Translations under genes and position numbers: made by a program
Notes under the pieces: generated by a model
What the model saw: only the letters and a program-made list of their open reading frames with translations
What the model was told of the DNA's origin: nothing
Databases searched by the model: none
Shown here: positions 1 through 13,754 of the stretch, piece after piece
Layout of the letters: every line of letters starts with the position of its first letter
How positions within the stretch are numbered: the stretch's first letter is position 1
Assembly (NCBI GenBank): GCA_051294375.1
Contig: CM119263.1
Span: 1,075,756-1,139,755, forward strand
DNA length: 64,000 bases
Origin: Paraspadella gotoi
Lineage: Eukaryota > Animalia > Chaetognatha
Direction of reading: 5' to 3'

Positions 1-2398
1 AAGAGCGAGAGAGAGAAAGACTTTTCAGTTCAATTTCTTTCTTTTTTTTTTAATCTGGGAGAAACTTTTAAGTCGGACGAAGAGTTTGTTGACTTTCGTT
101 GCTAAGAGACGAAATTGTTAAATAGATTTCTCGAAATTCTGTTGTTGCTGCTGAGATTTAATGTTAAAGTTGATGTTGATTCTTTCTTTTTCTCCTCCGT
201 TTGTGAAGTGAAGCGGTTTCGCGCTCACGTGACTCGTGGACTCAAAAACATCTGAAAATACCAAAAAAAATTAAGAGAAAATATATTTAAAGAAAATTAA
301 TTAGTTATCACGGACGGTAGATTGGTAGATTGGTAGATTGGTAGATTCACGTCTAATAAATGAATGCGTAATATTTAATGGGAAGACGATTAACCTAATC
401 TCAGCTAATTGAGCGCGTCCCACTTCCGACGGAATAGTTCGCTCTCTTCGACGCTTAATCGAAGGGAAGATAAAAATCGCTTGGGTCATCGTCGTCGTCG
501 TCGTTGTCGTCGTCGCCGTCGTCTTACACAATGAATGTCTATAGCGCCGTCTAAAAATAGAACTATTGATAAAAGATAATTTCACTGAATCAGTTTCGGT
601 TGAACGGGTTTAGTATAGAAATGTCTATCAAAGAAAGACAGACGCCAGATTCAAAACGAAAATTCAATTCTTGAGAAATCATCCTTTTTTTTTTTTGCTT
701 TCTTCTTGGTTTCCTCGTGTTGGATATGTGGATCGATTTTAAACTTTTTAATTTTAATCTTTCGACAAAATAAAAAAATTAAATATCGTCACAAGAATTT
801 TTTTTTTTAAATAGTTGTGGCGGTATATTCCGACCGCCTCAACTCCATCTTGATTCAGCCAAAACCCATTGGCTCAAAAGGGAAATGTACCATCCCAAGC
901 GTTGTGTTCCATCCACAGTCCTTACGACTTCCCTCTGCGTTGGCAAAGCGTCACCATCCTTGGGTTGGGTAACCCAAATCCAACAGTGAAATTCCGCATC
1001 CGGCTGTTTCAATATTTTTTTTTCCCCAAGACCTCATAATAAATCTGTTCTTTACTTATCATTACGGTAATTATCTTCAGTAAAAACTAAAAGGTTGTAT
1101 ATAAAATTCGTACAACCATTATAGTATATTATTTTTTAATATATTTACACCTCGTTGTTCAAAGCTTTTGTTTACAGTTTAGAATTTTGTGTTTAAACTT
1201 TCAACACTTCACCTTCTTATTCATATTCATTCGTTCTTCTTGTCTTTAACAAATAATATTTAAACAAAAATGAATCAACTAAAAATCGTAAACTAAATTT
1301 TTTATTTTCCTTCAAATCAAACATTTTCTTTCAAATTTTTTTCGTCCAGAGAAAAAAATGAGGAAAAAACTTTGTGTTCGTGACATCGACGACGACGACG
1401 ACGACGAGACGACGACGCACGACAATGACGTCAATGACGAGAGACCTCCCCCCCGCCACTTCGCTCTGCCGTCCTGCGCCGCCGCCCGCCCGGCCGATCC
1501 GCCGCCTGAGATTGTAATCCCATTCCCTACTGGATTCTTAATAGTATTCTCCTTTTCTTTTCTTTCCTTTACCTTTTCCTCTCTTTACTTTTTCTCTTCA
1601 TCCCTTTCTTCTTCCTCCCTTCCTTTACCTGTCCTCCCTTTCCTTTATCTTTTCCTCCCTTTCCTTTTTCTCTCTTTCCTTTCTCTCCATCTCTTCTCTC
1701 ATATTCTCTTTCCTCCCCTAAATGGCATCAGCATCGAACCCTCTCCAGCTTGACCCCCTCCTCTCTCCAGGACCTTTTAAAACCCGTTAACTTGTGAACC
1801 TTTAAACCTCTAAAACATCTTTCCTTTCTTTCCTTTCTTTCCTTTGACCTCATAATCATTTTCCCTTGCTTATTTTCTTCCTTCCTTTATTTTTCAACCG
1901 TTCATCTTTCCTTATTTCCCTTTTCTCTTCTATATTTCCATTCTCCCCCTTTATCCTTGCCAACCCAATCGGTCCTTCCTAATCTTAGTACCACAATAAA
2001 TATACTAGTCTTTTTGTCTAGATTTTTTTTTCTTGGCGACGCTTTATGATGTCGTCGACGGCGGCGACGACGACGACGACGACAGCGACGACGACGGCGA
2101 CGACGACGACAGCGACGACGACGACCATGATCGGTCAAGAACGAAATCAGGCCGAATCAGATTCCTCGGATGTCCTGTCCAGAAACGAAATCCTTTTCAT
2201 CTCATCTTCCCCTAAAAAAATAATAGATAATAAAAATTCATCCACGTTACCTACAGTCGTAACAAACTAGAAAATAGCTCCTTCTTTTTCCCATAATATT
2301 TCTATAGTTTTTAGTTTTTGATAATTGAAAGGAAAGTTCATAAAAACTAATAATTAAAAATATACACATATATAAATATCAATATCAATATAAATATA

Positions 2399-2444
2399 AC
2401 CAATCTCTTCGGAGGCGTGGGTTCGAATCCCAGCGCTGCCACCA
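2399..2444 (+). pseudogene. 3' half of a tRNA-Leu (variable arm, T arm, acceptor 3' strand) ending in discriminator A plus CCA
   Basis: ACCAATCTCTTCGGAGGCGTGGGTTCGAATCCCAGCGCTGCCA-CCA matches the 3' half of eukaryotic tRNA-Leu(AAG/TAG), including the long variable arm TCTCTTCGGAGG and the B box GGTTCGAATCCC. No 5' half lies upstream. Confidence 0.8.
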
Positions 2445-2949
2445 CATTTAAGAAAAAAACTCATGGATTTCTAGGTCGAAATCACCACGATTTACTACTA
2501 CTATTACTGTAGATCAGTTAATGTCTCACCGTGGAGTTCTCCCTCCGCCAGTCCGTTCCACGTCAGTTTGTCCGTCTCTTTGTTCCTCTAGATTAAAGTA
2601 CTATAAATATATTTTTTACATTTTTGCCACTACATTTAAATTTTTAGTCACGAGACTTAGTTTCGAATATTCGCGAGAAGCGCAAAATGACTTTATTGCA
2701 TATTTTCCGCTTCCCTTTTGTTTCTCCTGTTTTTATCTCCGCTTTTTTCGATGATCGCTGTACATTTGTTGCTCCTTCCCTTCTCTCCCTTTTATTCATT
2801 TTTCTTTTTCTTTTTTTCTTTTTCTTTTTTTATTATTTTTATTTCTTCCTCGGTTCCTCTTGTTTTCCCGAACGGGACGACGACGACGACGATGACAGAA
2901 CGCTTATAGAGGACAGCATACAGACGACAGGCGACAAGAACGAACGAAC

Positions 2950-3062
2950 GACGACGACTGGTACGACGGCGACGATGACGACTGGTACGACGGCGACGAT
3001 GACGACTGGTACGACGGCACGATGACGACTGGTACGACCGGCGACGACGACGACTCGGTACG
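2950..3062. repeat. 24-bp minisatellite (GACGACTGGTACGACGGCGACGAT), about 4-5 copies
   Basis: Tandem units are directly visible and appear derived from (GAC)n. Confidence 0.85.
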
Positions 3063-4548
3063 AACGGGCGACCACCCAAAACTCATAAATATCAAGGATT
3101 TATTCAAATGGCCGAAAAAACTCTGGGAAAAGAGGGAAGGACGGACTCTTCTTTGCGTCTGTCTTGTGTCGTCGTCGTCGTCGTCGTCGTCGTCATTATC
3201 GTCATTTTCATTGACGTTGTTGTTGGACATAAACTATCGTCGTAATCCGTTGATCTTATTTGCCTTTTTTAAAAGTGTTTAAAAATATAAACAATCGATA
3301 TTTGTTTACAAACAATACAGTTCGTTATTATTTCATTGCTTTGATTAATCATGATTCCATTTTATACAGATCTCAATAATATTAATTAGCCATCGTGCGG
3401 GTTTATATAGTTTAGTATTTGCTTATATTTTTTGTATTGCGTGGCAAAGCCGAGCTTACCTGAGAGAGTCATTGTTATTACTATCGCTTACCGATGCTTG
3501 TCTTTTGCTTACCTCCAGTTCTTGATCTCTAAAGACTCATTAAATCCTACGATATTGATACTGTCAGAAGGGTGAGCAAGAGACGGAAAAGACCGCTCAT
3601 CACTGGTGCTTCGTCATCATTGTCGTCGTCATTGTCGTCATCGATATCAGGGTTGTCATTGTCGTTAAATCGTCGTAATCGTTATTGTGTCGCTATCTTT
3701 GTGGTTATCATCGATGTCGTTGTTCTTTATTTGTCTCGCCCATCAGTGACGCAGTCAACATTATTAACTTTGATTAACTATAGTAGTACTTACAGCAAAA
3801 AGTAATTATTAACCTTGTGTTTTATAGATACTCTCTATTTTCAGAAGACAACAACTAACATCCCTCTCCCAATTACATTATTAAATATGAAATAATTAAT
3901 AATTGGATCTACTACTAGTGTGAAATACGTTGAACTTTTATGAAATTGGTACAACCAATATAAAAATTATCCATTCATTTATTAAATAAGCTATCTTGCC
4001 CCTGACTTTGGACAGGCTTTGGGATTGGGTTCGGTATTCATTTTAAAATTTTTGTTAGTACAGTAATATTGTGATATTATATATTACAAGTAAGAAAAAC
4101 ATTCATCCTAACGACGATTCTATATAAATAAATTAAATTACGTTGTTGTTTTTCTCTTTTTTTTCTCTCTCTCACTTGGGTCAAACAAATGTACAGTCGA
4201 GGAAAATGAAAAATTGAAAATAAAGCTTAAAGCGAAAGAGTAGAAGGGGAGAGGAAGAGAGAGATGGAGGAAGGCTCAGGGCGTGTTAGATNNNNNNNNN
4301 NNNNNNNNNNNNNNNNNNNNNNNNNNNNNNNNNNNNNNNNNNNNNNNNNNNNNNNNNNNNNNNNNNNNNNNNNNNNNNNNNNNNNNNNNNNNNNNNNNNN
4401 NNNNNNNNNNNNNNNNNNNNNNNNNNNNNNNNNNNNNNNNNNNNNNNNNNNNNNNNNNNNNNNNNNNNNNNNNNNNNNNNNNNNNNNNNNNNNNNNNNNN
4501 NNNNNNNNNNNNNNNNNNNNNNNNNNNNNNNNNNNNNNNNNNNNNNNN

Positions 4549-4582
<34 letters not shown>

Positions 4583-6226
4583 TGGTTAACGTCATAAAAC
4601 TCGACGACATAGAAGTGAATCGCGATTGTGAGGTAGAAATGTAATGGGTTGTGTTGACGTCGGCAGTGGCACTTTAGACCATGAATGGTGGAATGACAAC
4701 AGAACTGGCAACTTTGGTTTGTTCATTGCATTTTCTGGCATTTCGGTTGTTTCATGTCTTGACTTCGGTTTCGATTCGATGTTGGCGCCAGTTGTTTGTT
4801 GTTGTTGTTGTTGACCTTGAAAGACCTCGAGATCATTTCTGACGACGAGTTGGTTATAAAAGTTGTCGTCGTAAATATCGTCGTCGTATTTGTCGTTGTC
4901 GTTGTCGAATCTTCGTTCTTACTCAGACCAAATTTGCCCTTGTTCTTTTTTTGTTGGTCGTAACCAACTTGCAAGTTATGAAATTGTACATAGTATGCAC
5001 TACATACATATCCTAATTAAAGTAATTATTTCTTTGGCATCTTTCAATTATCCATCATTTCCAGCAAAAAAACCTTTTTCCGTTTTTTCCCTTCGAACAT
5101 TTAAACAAATTTCCTTCCGCTCTCCCCTTTTGTGGCTTTCTACATTTATTCCATTTATTCCATTTATTCCATTTATTTCACGCCCTTATCTCGTCTTCAA
5201 GTATTCATGTTCTCATCCTCTGACCGAATAACTCACACATTTTCTTCCCAATCTACTCACCACTTCTTTCCGACACCTTTCACCCCTCCCNNNNNNNNNN
5301 NNNNNNNNNNNNNNNNNNNNNNNNNNNNNNNNNNNNNNNNNNNNNNNNNNNNNNNNNNNNNNNNNNNNNNNNNNNNNNNNNNNNNNNNNNNNNNNNNNNN
5401 NNNNNNNNNNNNNNNNNNNNNNNNNNNNNNNNNNNNNNNNNNNNNNNNNNNNNNNNNNNNNNNNNNNNNNNNNNNNNNNNNNNNNNNNNNNNNNNNNNNN
5501 NNNNNNNNNNNNNNNNNNNNNNNNNNNNNNNNNNNNNNNNNNNNNNNNNNNNNNNNNNNNNNNNNNNNNNNNNNNNNNNNNNNNNNNNNNNNNNNNNNNN
5601 NNNNNNNNNNNNNNNNNNNNNNNNNNNNNNNNNNNNNNNNNNNNNNNNNNNNNNNNNNNNNNNNNNNNNNNNNNNNNNNNNNNNNNNNNNNNNNNNNNNN
5701 NNNNNNNNNNNNNNNNNNNNNNNNNNNNNNNNNNNNNNNNNNNNNNNNNNNNNNNNNNNNNNNNNNNNNNNNNNNNNNNNNNNNNNNNNNNNNNNNNNNN
5801 NNNNNNNNNNNNNNNNNNNNNNNNNNNNNNNNNNNNNNNNNNNNNNNNNNNNNNNNNNNNNNNNNNNNNNNNNNNNNNNNNNNNNNNNNNNNNNNNNNNN
5901 NNNNNNNNNNNNNNNNNNNNNNNNNNNNNNNNNNNNNNNNNNNNNNNNNNNNNNNNNNNNNNNNNNNNNNNNNNNNNNNNNNNNNNNNNNNNNNNNNNNN
6001 NNNNNNNNNNNNNNNNNNNNNNNNNNNNNNNNNNNNNNNNNNNNNNNNNNNNNNNNNNNNNNNNNNNNNNNNNNNNCGCCAAGTCTATCTCATTGACGTA
6101 GACTTTCTTTTCCATGCCTGCGGACGCCATGCCAAATCTCCATTTTGTTGACGCAGCTTTTCATTAAGCCGCTCTCTGCCTCTTTTAAGGCAGCCTCTCC
6201 TTCTGAGCCACGCCAACTCCGCCCCT

Positions 6227-6493
6227 TTAACGTAGCCTTCCCATCCGCACGACGGCAAAGACCGGTTTTGACGTAACCTTGTCAACAACCCCCAGCTTTA
6301 TTGACTTTGCCTCGCGCGTCATGTCCATGTGGATGTACTTACTTTTTTTCACGCAGATTCGCGGATTCAACCAAAATTTCTCATTTCTTTGCCGGCTGCA
6401 GTCGCAATGTTTTATTGCCGACCTTGCGGCTGAGATCTTGCCGAGCTTCCGACCGCCAAGGCCTTTGATGTCGAGTCTCGGTTTTGACGTCAA
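6227..6493 (-). mobile_element. possible decayed non-LTR retrotransposon (CR1/L2-type) ORF1 C-terminal fragment
   Basis: The translation ...KLGKISAARSAIK...KKSKYIHMDMTREAK... loosely resembles the RLGK..RP / YI..DLT..ER pattern of LINE ORF1 proteins. It is frameshifted and runs into an N gap. Confidence 0.3.
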
Positions 6494-8035
6494 GAAGTCA
6501 AGAAGAGCTCAATGCGAAGCAACGTGGGAAATAAACGAGCGAATGGATTCGAGCTTTCTGAGGTGTTGCTGTTGTTGTTGTTGTTGTTGTAGTTTCTTGG
6601 CGAAATGATTGATTCGAATTCTGTGGCAACGATTCTTAGATGACGTTTATTGCGCTCAAGAAATAATGTTCGATTTATTTATTTATCATTATTTATTTAT
6701 TTATTTTTTATTTATTTATTTGTTTAGTTGTTTCATACTTTCAAAACGGACGTGATCTGATTAGGAATCATGATGTCACGTGACTGAAAGTAAAATTGTA
6801 GGCCGACGGAATATTCAGAAGACTTTCATTTCTTAATTAAACTTAACTCATTCAAAATGTCTCATTTTAAGGAAATTATTTATTTTTCATTATCTTTATG
6901 TACATTTAATACCCTCGGCTCCATAAGGCCTCGCTCAGAGCGCCGAGAATTCGACCATTGGCTACCGGAAATAAATTCCGGTCAACGCGAAACTTGAAAA
7001 CCGACGTCTTTTGTTTTTATCATCGACGACAGCGACGTCATTTCACCTGGCGGATGGCGCCAGAAATGACTCGGTCGCCGCGACGAGGGCCGCGTCGCCG
7101 CGTCGCCCCGCGACTGATTAATCGCGTCACATTTTCGATGCCATGAATAATTAACGACGCCAGTTTCGCGGCGTCGTGAATATTCCATGACGCCGCTTTT
7201 TTTTCGTTCATTAAAGGGCGGCGACATGAAAAGGCGTTTATGGATTGAAGGCTGGGTCACTTTTAATCGCTGAGTCTCTTCGGGGAATCACTGGTGACTG
7301 GTCAGTTTAAGTCACTAGTTTTTTGTTTGTTTGTTTTTTTAGTAACTTTTTTTCTGTTTCCTTGTGTTTTTTTTTCTCCCTAATTTATATTTTGAAATAA
7401 TTGTAAATCAAAAAATTATTATTTTTTAAATATGAATTAAATACAAATTGAAAACAATAACGCTCCCCTCCACAAATATTTTAAATACAAATACTAATGC
7501 ATAAACTTTTAGAATTATATTTTTCCGTAAAAGTTATAGTAAAGAAGTAATATTACCATTCTTCATATATGAGGTCGCCCTCAAAACGCTTCAAAGCCAC
7601 GTATATATTAAGCTAGAAACGTGGTAAACGCGAAAGAAAAACGATTTATTAAACTATAAAATGATATCGGAGAATGGATTTTCGCGCCAAGTCTCTCCGC
7701 ATTGGAAGAGAGGAGCGGGAAGAGACCTCTGCCGAAGAGACCTCTGCCGGAGTCTCAATAAAAGACGTGAGATATAAACGACTCCCTCTTCTGCCCTCTA
7801 CACCCAAGTTTCCGTAACCCATGCTGCGACGCCCCCTGGACGCCCCCTGTTGCGACGATCCTGGATCCCTCTCTACTCCCCAAGGTACATTCAATACATC
7901 ATCAGTATCTTCATCATCATCATCATCATTATCATCATCGTCATTATCATCATCGTCGTCGTTATCGTTCTCGTCATCGTCCCGGCCCCGCCCCTTTTAA
8001 AACAGACAGACTTATCTCCCTAATTGGCTGACTCC

Positions 8036-8464
8036 ACTGGACAGACTGACAGCATTTCTTTTGCCCTGACGGACAGACTGACAGAATTTCTTTTGCCCTG
8101 ACGAACAGACTGACAACATTTTTTTACCCTTACGGACAGACTGACAACATTTCTATTACCCTGATGGACAAACTGACAATATTTCCTTTACCCTGATGGA
8201 CAGACTGCCAACATTTCCTTTACCCTGATGGACAGACTTTCAGCATTTATTTTGTTATGACGGACAGACTGACAACCTTTCTTTTACCCTGATGGACAGA
8301 CTTACAACGTTTCTTTTACCCTGACGGACAGACTGACAACATTTCTTTTACCCTGACGGTCAGACTGACAACATTTCTTTCACCCTGACGGACAGACTGA
8401 CAACCTTTCTTTTACCCTGACGGACAGACTGACAACATTTCTTTCACCCTGACGGACAGACTGA
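8036..8464. repeat. 32-bp minisatellite (CCCTGACGGACAGACTGACAACATTTCTTTTA), about 13 copies
   Basis: CCCTGAC recurs at about 32-bp spacing (8064, 8096, ...). Units are head-to-tail with no spacers. Confidence 0.95.
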
Positions 8465-9036
8465 AAGGGGAAACAACATCATCAGAATCCCTAAGGAAGC
8501 GACTTTCTCTTGGCGCGTCGACAGGAAAAGGCTCTTCGCTGTGGCGCAGACTCGTGTGATTGTCTTAACATAAATCCAACTCATTGTGGCGTAGCGCCAT
8601 TCTCTCCGCTTTGGTCACGTCAAAGACGACTCACGACGACTCACTGTTTTTTTCGGAAAGAAAATCAAATTATATCGTTTCTAGAACCATAAAGATCATA
8701 GTCAGGTGGCGGTTGACAAAATGTTTTTAAAGAAAGTTATTTTCAAACGTATTTAAAGTAAATTTGTTTCTTAATTTTGTAAGATGTAGTCATTTCAAAT
8801 ATCTATATATATTTACCAACATCTACAAACTGAGAGTTTAATTTGAATTCACTCCCAATTTTCTATTTTTAGTATAAAATTCATTCAATAAAGGATAGGA
8901 TTGGAGACCACCCCTCAAGTTCACCCCCATTTAAAAAACCACCACCCTTCCTCCCCCTTCGGTGACTCGACTCGGGACAGTCTCGCTCCCCGGAGAGAAT
9001 TTGTGAACAGAGGAGTGAAATGTCGCAGTTTCCCCC

Positions 9037-10137
<1,101 letters not shown>

Positions 10138-10242
10138 TTTTTTGCTTCCAGCGTCGAGTTGAATGTGAAGCGGAACAACATCATCAATCACGTGACATCA
10201 AAGACTCAACCACGAATAAATATTCAATAAAAACAGGGCTGG

Positions 10243-10378
10243 AGCTTTTGAAGAAGCTTTTAAAGTAGCTTTTGAAGAAGCTTTTTATAAGCTTTAAAGG
10301 ACCTTTGAAAGAGCTGTCAAATGAGCTTTTGAAGAAGCTTCTAAATGAGATTTTGAAAGAGCTTTTAAAGAGCTTTTT
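10243..10378. repeat. degenerate 12-bp tandem repeat (GAGCTTTTGAAA-like)
   Basis: AGCTTT recurs at about 12-bp periodicity. Confidence 0.7.
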
Positions 10379-10439
10379 TTGGGAAGCGGGTTGCAGCTTC
10401 CACCGCAAACACCGCTGCCACCGCACCAATGAAATCTAT

Positions 10440-10730
10440 TGCTTCTAGGTCCATTGCAACCCGGTCCCCGGCCGATGTGTCAGTAAAATTTAATTCAGGT
10501 GACGTCCGTCCGTCCGTCTGTCTGTGTGTCTGTCTGTCTGTCTATCTGTCTGTCTGTTTAACTGTCTGTCTGAAGGTCCGTCCTACCTTAGCAAAAAACT
10601 CTATTACTTGTGATTGGATGGATGGATTGCGATGAAATTTTGTGTGTGGGTAGGAAAGAGTGCAATTAAGCTGGATATTAAGTTTAGACGGAATCGTGCT
10701 CGTGAATATATGTTTCAATGGAAAAAACAA
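10440..10730 (+). mobile_element. DINE-1/HINE-like (Helentron-associated) non-autonomous element fragment
   Basis: A (GTCC)/(GTCT)n microsatellite is followed by GGATGGATTGCGATGAAATTTTG, the layout typical of microsatellite-carrying rolling-circle elements. Boundaries are approximate. Confidence 0.5.
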
Positions 10731-10904
10731 AGGTGATATTTAGTTAAATGTTTTTATCAAATTTTAAAGTTTCTTTCTCTCTCTCAACGAAGTCCAAGAT
10801 AATTTAACGTTAATAAAATGATTGATTGGTTGATTGATTTATTACGAAATCTGTTTACATTAACATGAATGGGAGTTTTTTCTTTCTCTCTATTTATTAT
10901 GTTA

Positions 10905-10941
10905 GCGGCCATTGGTGCCGGAGGCAAGTCATTCGCCTCCC
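10905..10941 (+). mobile_element. tRNA/twister element copy C, truncated by an N gap
   Basis: GCGGCCATTGGTGCCGGAGGCAAGTCATTCGCCTCCC is identical to 33157-33193. Confidence 0.85.
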
Positions 10942-11232
10942 NNNNNNNNNNNNNNNNNNNNNNNNNNNNNNNNNNNNNNNNNNNNNNNNNNNNNNNNNNN
11001 NNNNNNNNNNNNNNNNNNNNNNNNNNNNNNNNNNNNNNNNNNNNNNNNNNNNNNNNNNNNNNNNNNNNNNNNNNNNNNNNNNNNNNNNNNNNNNNNNNNN
11101 NNNNNNNNNNNNNNNNNNNNNNNNNNNNNNNNNNNNNNNNNNNNNNNNNNNNNNNNNNNNNNNNNNNNNNNNNNNNNNNNNNNNNNNNNNNNNNNNNNNN
11201 NNNNNNNNNNNNNNNNNNNNNNNNNNNNNNNN

Positions 11233-11610
11233 GTTGATTAAATTGTGCAAGTTGTCCAAATTATGCAAAACAATCAAATTATGCAAGTTGACCAAATTAT
11301 GCAAGGTGGTATTGGCGCAGCTGCTGTTTCATTGATAGATCAATTGATTNNNNNNNNNNTTAAATTGTGCAAGTTGTCCAAATTATGCAAAACAGTCAAA
11401 TTATGCAAGTTGACCAAATTGATAGATCAATTGATTTATAGATTTTTTCATAGATTTATAAAGAAGTCTGTTATGATTTGTTATTATATCATTTTTTATG
11501 ATCCGTTGAGACAGAAATTGAAAGAGAGAATTATCGTGATTTATTATCGAATTAGCTTATTACTGCTTAATTATCATAGGCAGATCCGACTATGTTTGCT
11601 TAAACTTGTT
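11233..11610 (+). mobile_element. dispersed repeat family X, copy 1 (internal AAATTATGCAAGTTGAC repeats; 3' hairpin plus CTTGTT end, Helitron/Helentron-like)
   Basis: Colinear similarity to 17620-17876 (GGCGCAGCT..., ATCGAATTAGCTTATTAC..., TAGGCAGA...TTTGCT.AAACTTGTT). Confidence 0.65.
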
Positions 11611-11837
11611 TTATTTTTAGTATTTTTCTCTTTATGATTTTTCAATCATTATTCGCATGCTTGCATAAGACACATCTAAGGTTACCAGCATTTCTCTATA
11701 TCTTCGACAAAGGACGAATTGACAGACGAGAAACAGCCAAGTCTGAGCTCAATGCGCTGTTGTTGTTGTTGTTCAGATCATCAAGGGCCATCATACTGTC
11801 TGAGCTTCCAACCAGTGTATCTGCTCATAGCCATCTT

Positions 11838-12053
11838 AGGACCGTCGGTGTGTCCCACTTACATTGAAAATGCTCATAACTCGCCTATAGTTGGTTGCTC
11901 ATTTGTTAAGACAGGAAAGAAACATCAAATCTAAGTGACTGCTGGCGACGCCTCTAGGAAATCCTAAAACTATAAAGAATAAAAGACGAAATTCCAATGT
12001 ACGGGCGAAGAAAGTCACTGCGGCACAACACATTGGATGAACCGATCTTGTTT
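11838..12053 (+). mobile_element. HINE/DINE-1-like family Y, 3' part
   Basis: Reverse-complement match to the element at 21105-21400 (GTCCCACTTACATT.AAAATGCT, GTTGGTTGCTCATTTG, GGAAATCCTAAAACTATAAAGAATAAAA). Ends CTGCGGCACAACAC...CTTGTT. Confidence 0.7.
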
Positions 12054-12215
12054 TATTTTACGTTGTACAAAATAGATTCTTAGACTTTTCTATTTAATAC
12101 TACCTCTTCAATGAAGAGTCTTCAATGAATTTCAAAATTCTCCTAGCTGAATGGACTTTATTTTATGTGTAAAACTTGAGATTTAGTTAAACTTATGGTC
12201 GACTAAAATTTACCA

Positions 12216-12367
12216 ACGCCATTGGTGCAGGAGGCAAGTCATTCGCCTCCCAACTCAAAAGGTCCGGGGTTCCAGCCCAGTGGTCGCCTAGCAGTTAAGA
12301 GGGACGGGGCGCTTAACCCGCCTGTAACCCGGTGTTACAGCCTGATCCGAAGCTCAGGGACTGCTTA
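12216..12367 (+). mobile_element. tRNA(Gly)-like SINE with twister-like 3' domain, copy A
   Basis: A box TGGTGCAGGAGG, B box GGTTCCAGCCC, acceptor 3' strand TGGTCGC, followed by the structured 3' domain shared with 33231-33306. Confidence 0.85.
12290..12365 (+). ncRNA. twister-like ribozyme, P5-permuted (copy A); predicted cleavage at U12314/A12315
   Basis: AGCAGT..GAGG GACGG..TAA CCC GC CTGTAAC-CCGGT-GTTACAG CCTGA-TCCGAAGC-TCAGG G ACTGCT. Confidence 0.6.
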
Positions 12368-12986
12368 TTAGAGTGGAGCACTGGGGAACATAAATTTTAT
12401 TTGAGTGATCAAACAAGGATACTTAGACTTGAGATAGTATGATTATTGATTAAGGAGTACAAAAAATATTTTGCTTATATTGTTTGGGGAACAGTATCAT
12501 TAATTACAATATATTTATAATAATATTCTTATAAAATCATAAATTTTCAAAATAATTGTTTTTTAATTTTTATTAAAGATTCTGATTCTTCATAAAAATG
12601 TCTTCAGTGTCAAAAATGAAAAAAACAGGTCAAATTCTCTACTTTTTAGTCTTGTTAGGTTGCTCAATTTTTCCAAATATTAAGACAGGAAAAACATCAA
12701 ATCTAAGTGACTGCTGGCGACGCCTCTAGGAATCTTCTAACTATAAAGAATAAAAGACGAAATTCCCAATGTACGGGCTAAGAAAGTCACTGCGGCACAA
12801 CATAATTGGATAACCGATCTTGTTTTATTTTACTGTGAGCACAAATAAATTCTTAGACTTTCATTTAATACTACCTCTTCAATGAAGAGTCTTCAATGAA
12901 TTTCAAAATTCTCCTAGCTGAATGGACTTTTTTTTACTGTAAAACTTGAGATTTAAGTTAAACTTATGGTGACTAAAATTTACCAA

Positions 12987-13135
12987 CGCATTGGTGCAGG
13001 AGGCAAGTCATTCGCCTCCCAACTCAAAAGGTCCGGGTTTCCAGCCCAGTGGTCGCCTAGGCAGTTAAGAGGGACGGGGCCTTAACCGCCTGTAACCCGT
13101 GTTACAGCCTGATCCGAAGCTCAGGGACTCGCTAA
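12987..13135 (+). mobile_element. tRNA(Gly)-like SINE with twister-like 3' domain, copy B (in the second tandem unit, with several indels)
   Basis: Same sequence as copy A with 1-bp indels. Confidence 0.8.
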
Positions 13136-13754
13136 TTAGAGTGGAGCACTGGGGAACATAAATTTTATTGAAGTGATCAACAAGGATACTTAGACTTGAG
13201 ATAGTATGATTATTGATTAAGGAGTACAAAAAATATTTTTGTTATATTGTTTGCGGGAACAGTATCATTAATTACAATATATTTATAATAATATTCTTAT
13301 AAATCATAAATTTTCAAAAATAATATTGTTTTTATACTTTTTAAAGATTCTGATTTCTCATAATAAATGTCCTTTCAAGCTGTCAAAAATGAAAAAAACA
13401 GGTCAAAATTCTTCTATTAATTTACACTTTAATAATGAATTGAATAGTAAATATGAATCTATCCGATTAAGATCGTCGAAAAGTATACAAGCATATTAGT
13501 AATTGCATCAAATCTTAACAAACTGTAACGATATTCGATTTGATTTTGCAAATAAACAGAAAGATGGACAGATCGTATTGATCGACGACTAAGGACTTAC
13601 TATAGTTCTGTGAAGAGGTATCTTTCTGAGTGACAGCGTCATACAAATACTGACTCGATAATGTTGAGCCCAGTACCTATCTAAAATCATATAAATGATT
13701 CAATTGTCGGTAATATAAGATTAGTCGGATGCCTTAACTTCAATACTTTCTTTA

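Larger units (their letters stand above)
11888..13410. repeat. tandem duplication, unit about 770 bp (about 11888-12650 and 12655-13410)
   Basis: Near-identical sequence recurs at about +770 bp. The differences are mostly 1-bp indels. Confidence 0.9.

Noticed and set aside
814-2215. Putative plus-strand exons at about 814-968, 1349-1513 and 2022-2215
   Set aside because: The open frames are short or low complexity, and I could not support them by homology or phase-consistent splicing.
5132-6151. Long ORFs in the track spanning N runs (also 15469-16551, 43406-44812, 49395-50733)
   Set aside because: They are open only because N codons contain no stops.
8036-8464. 32-bp repeat array as a CRISPR array or hammerhead satellite
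   Set aside because: Units are head-to-tail with no unique spacers, there are no cas genes and the context is eukaryotic. CTGATGG/CTGACGG does not complete a CUGANGA...GAAA hammerhead core.
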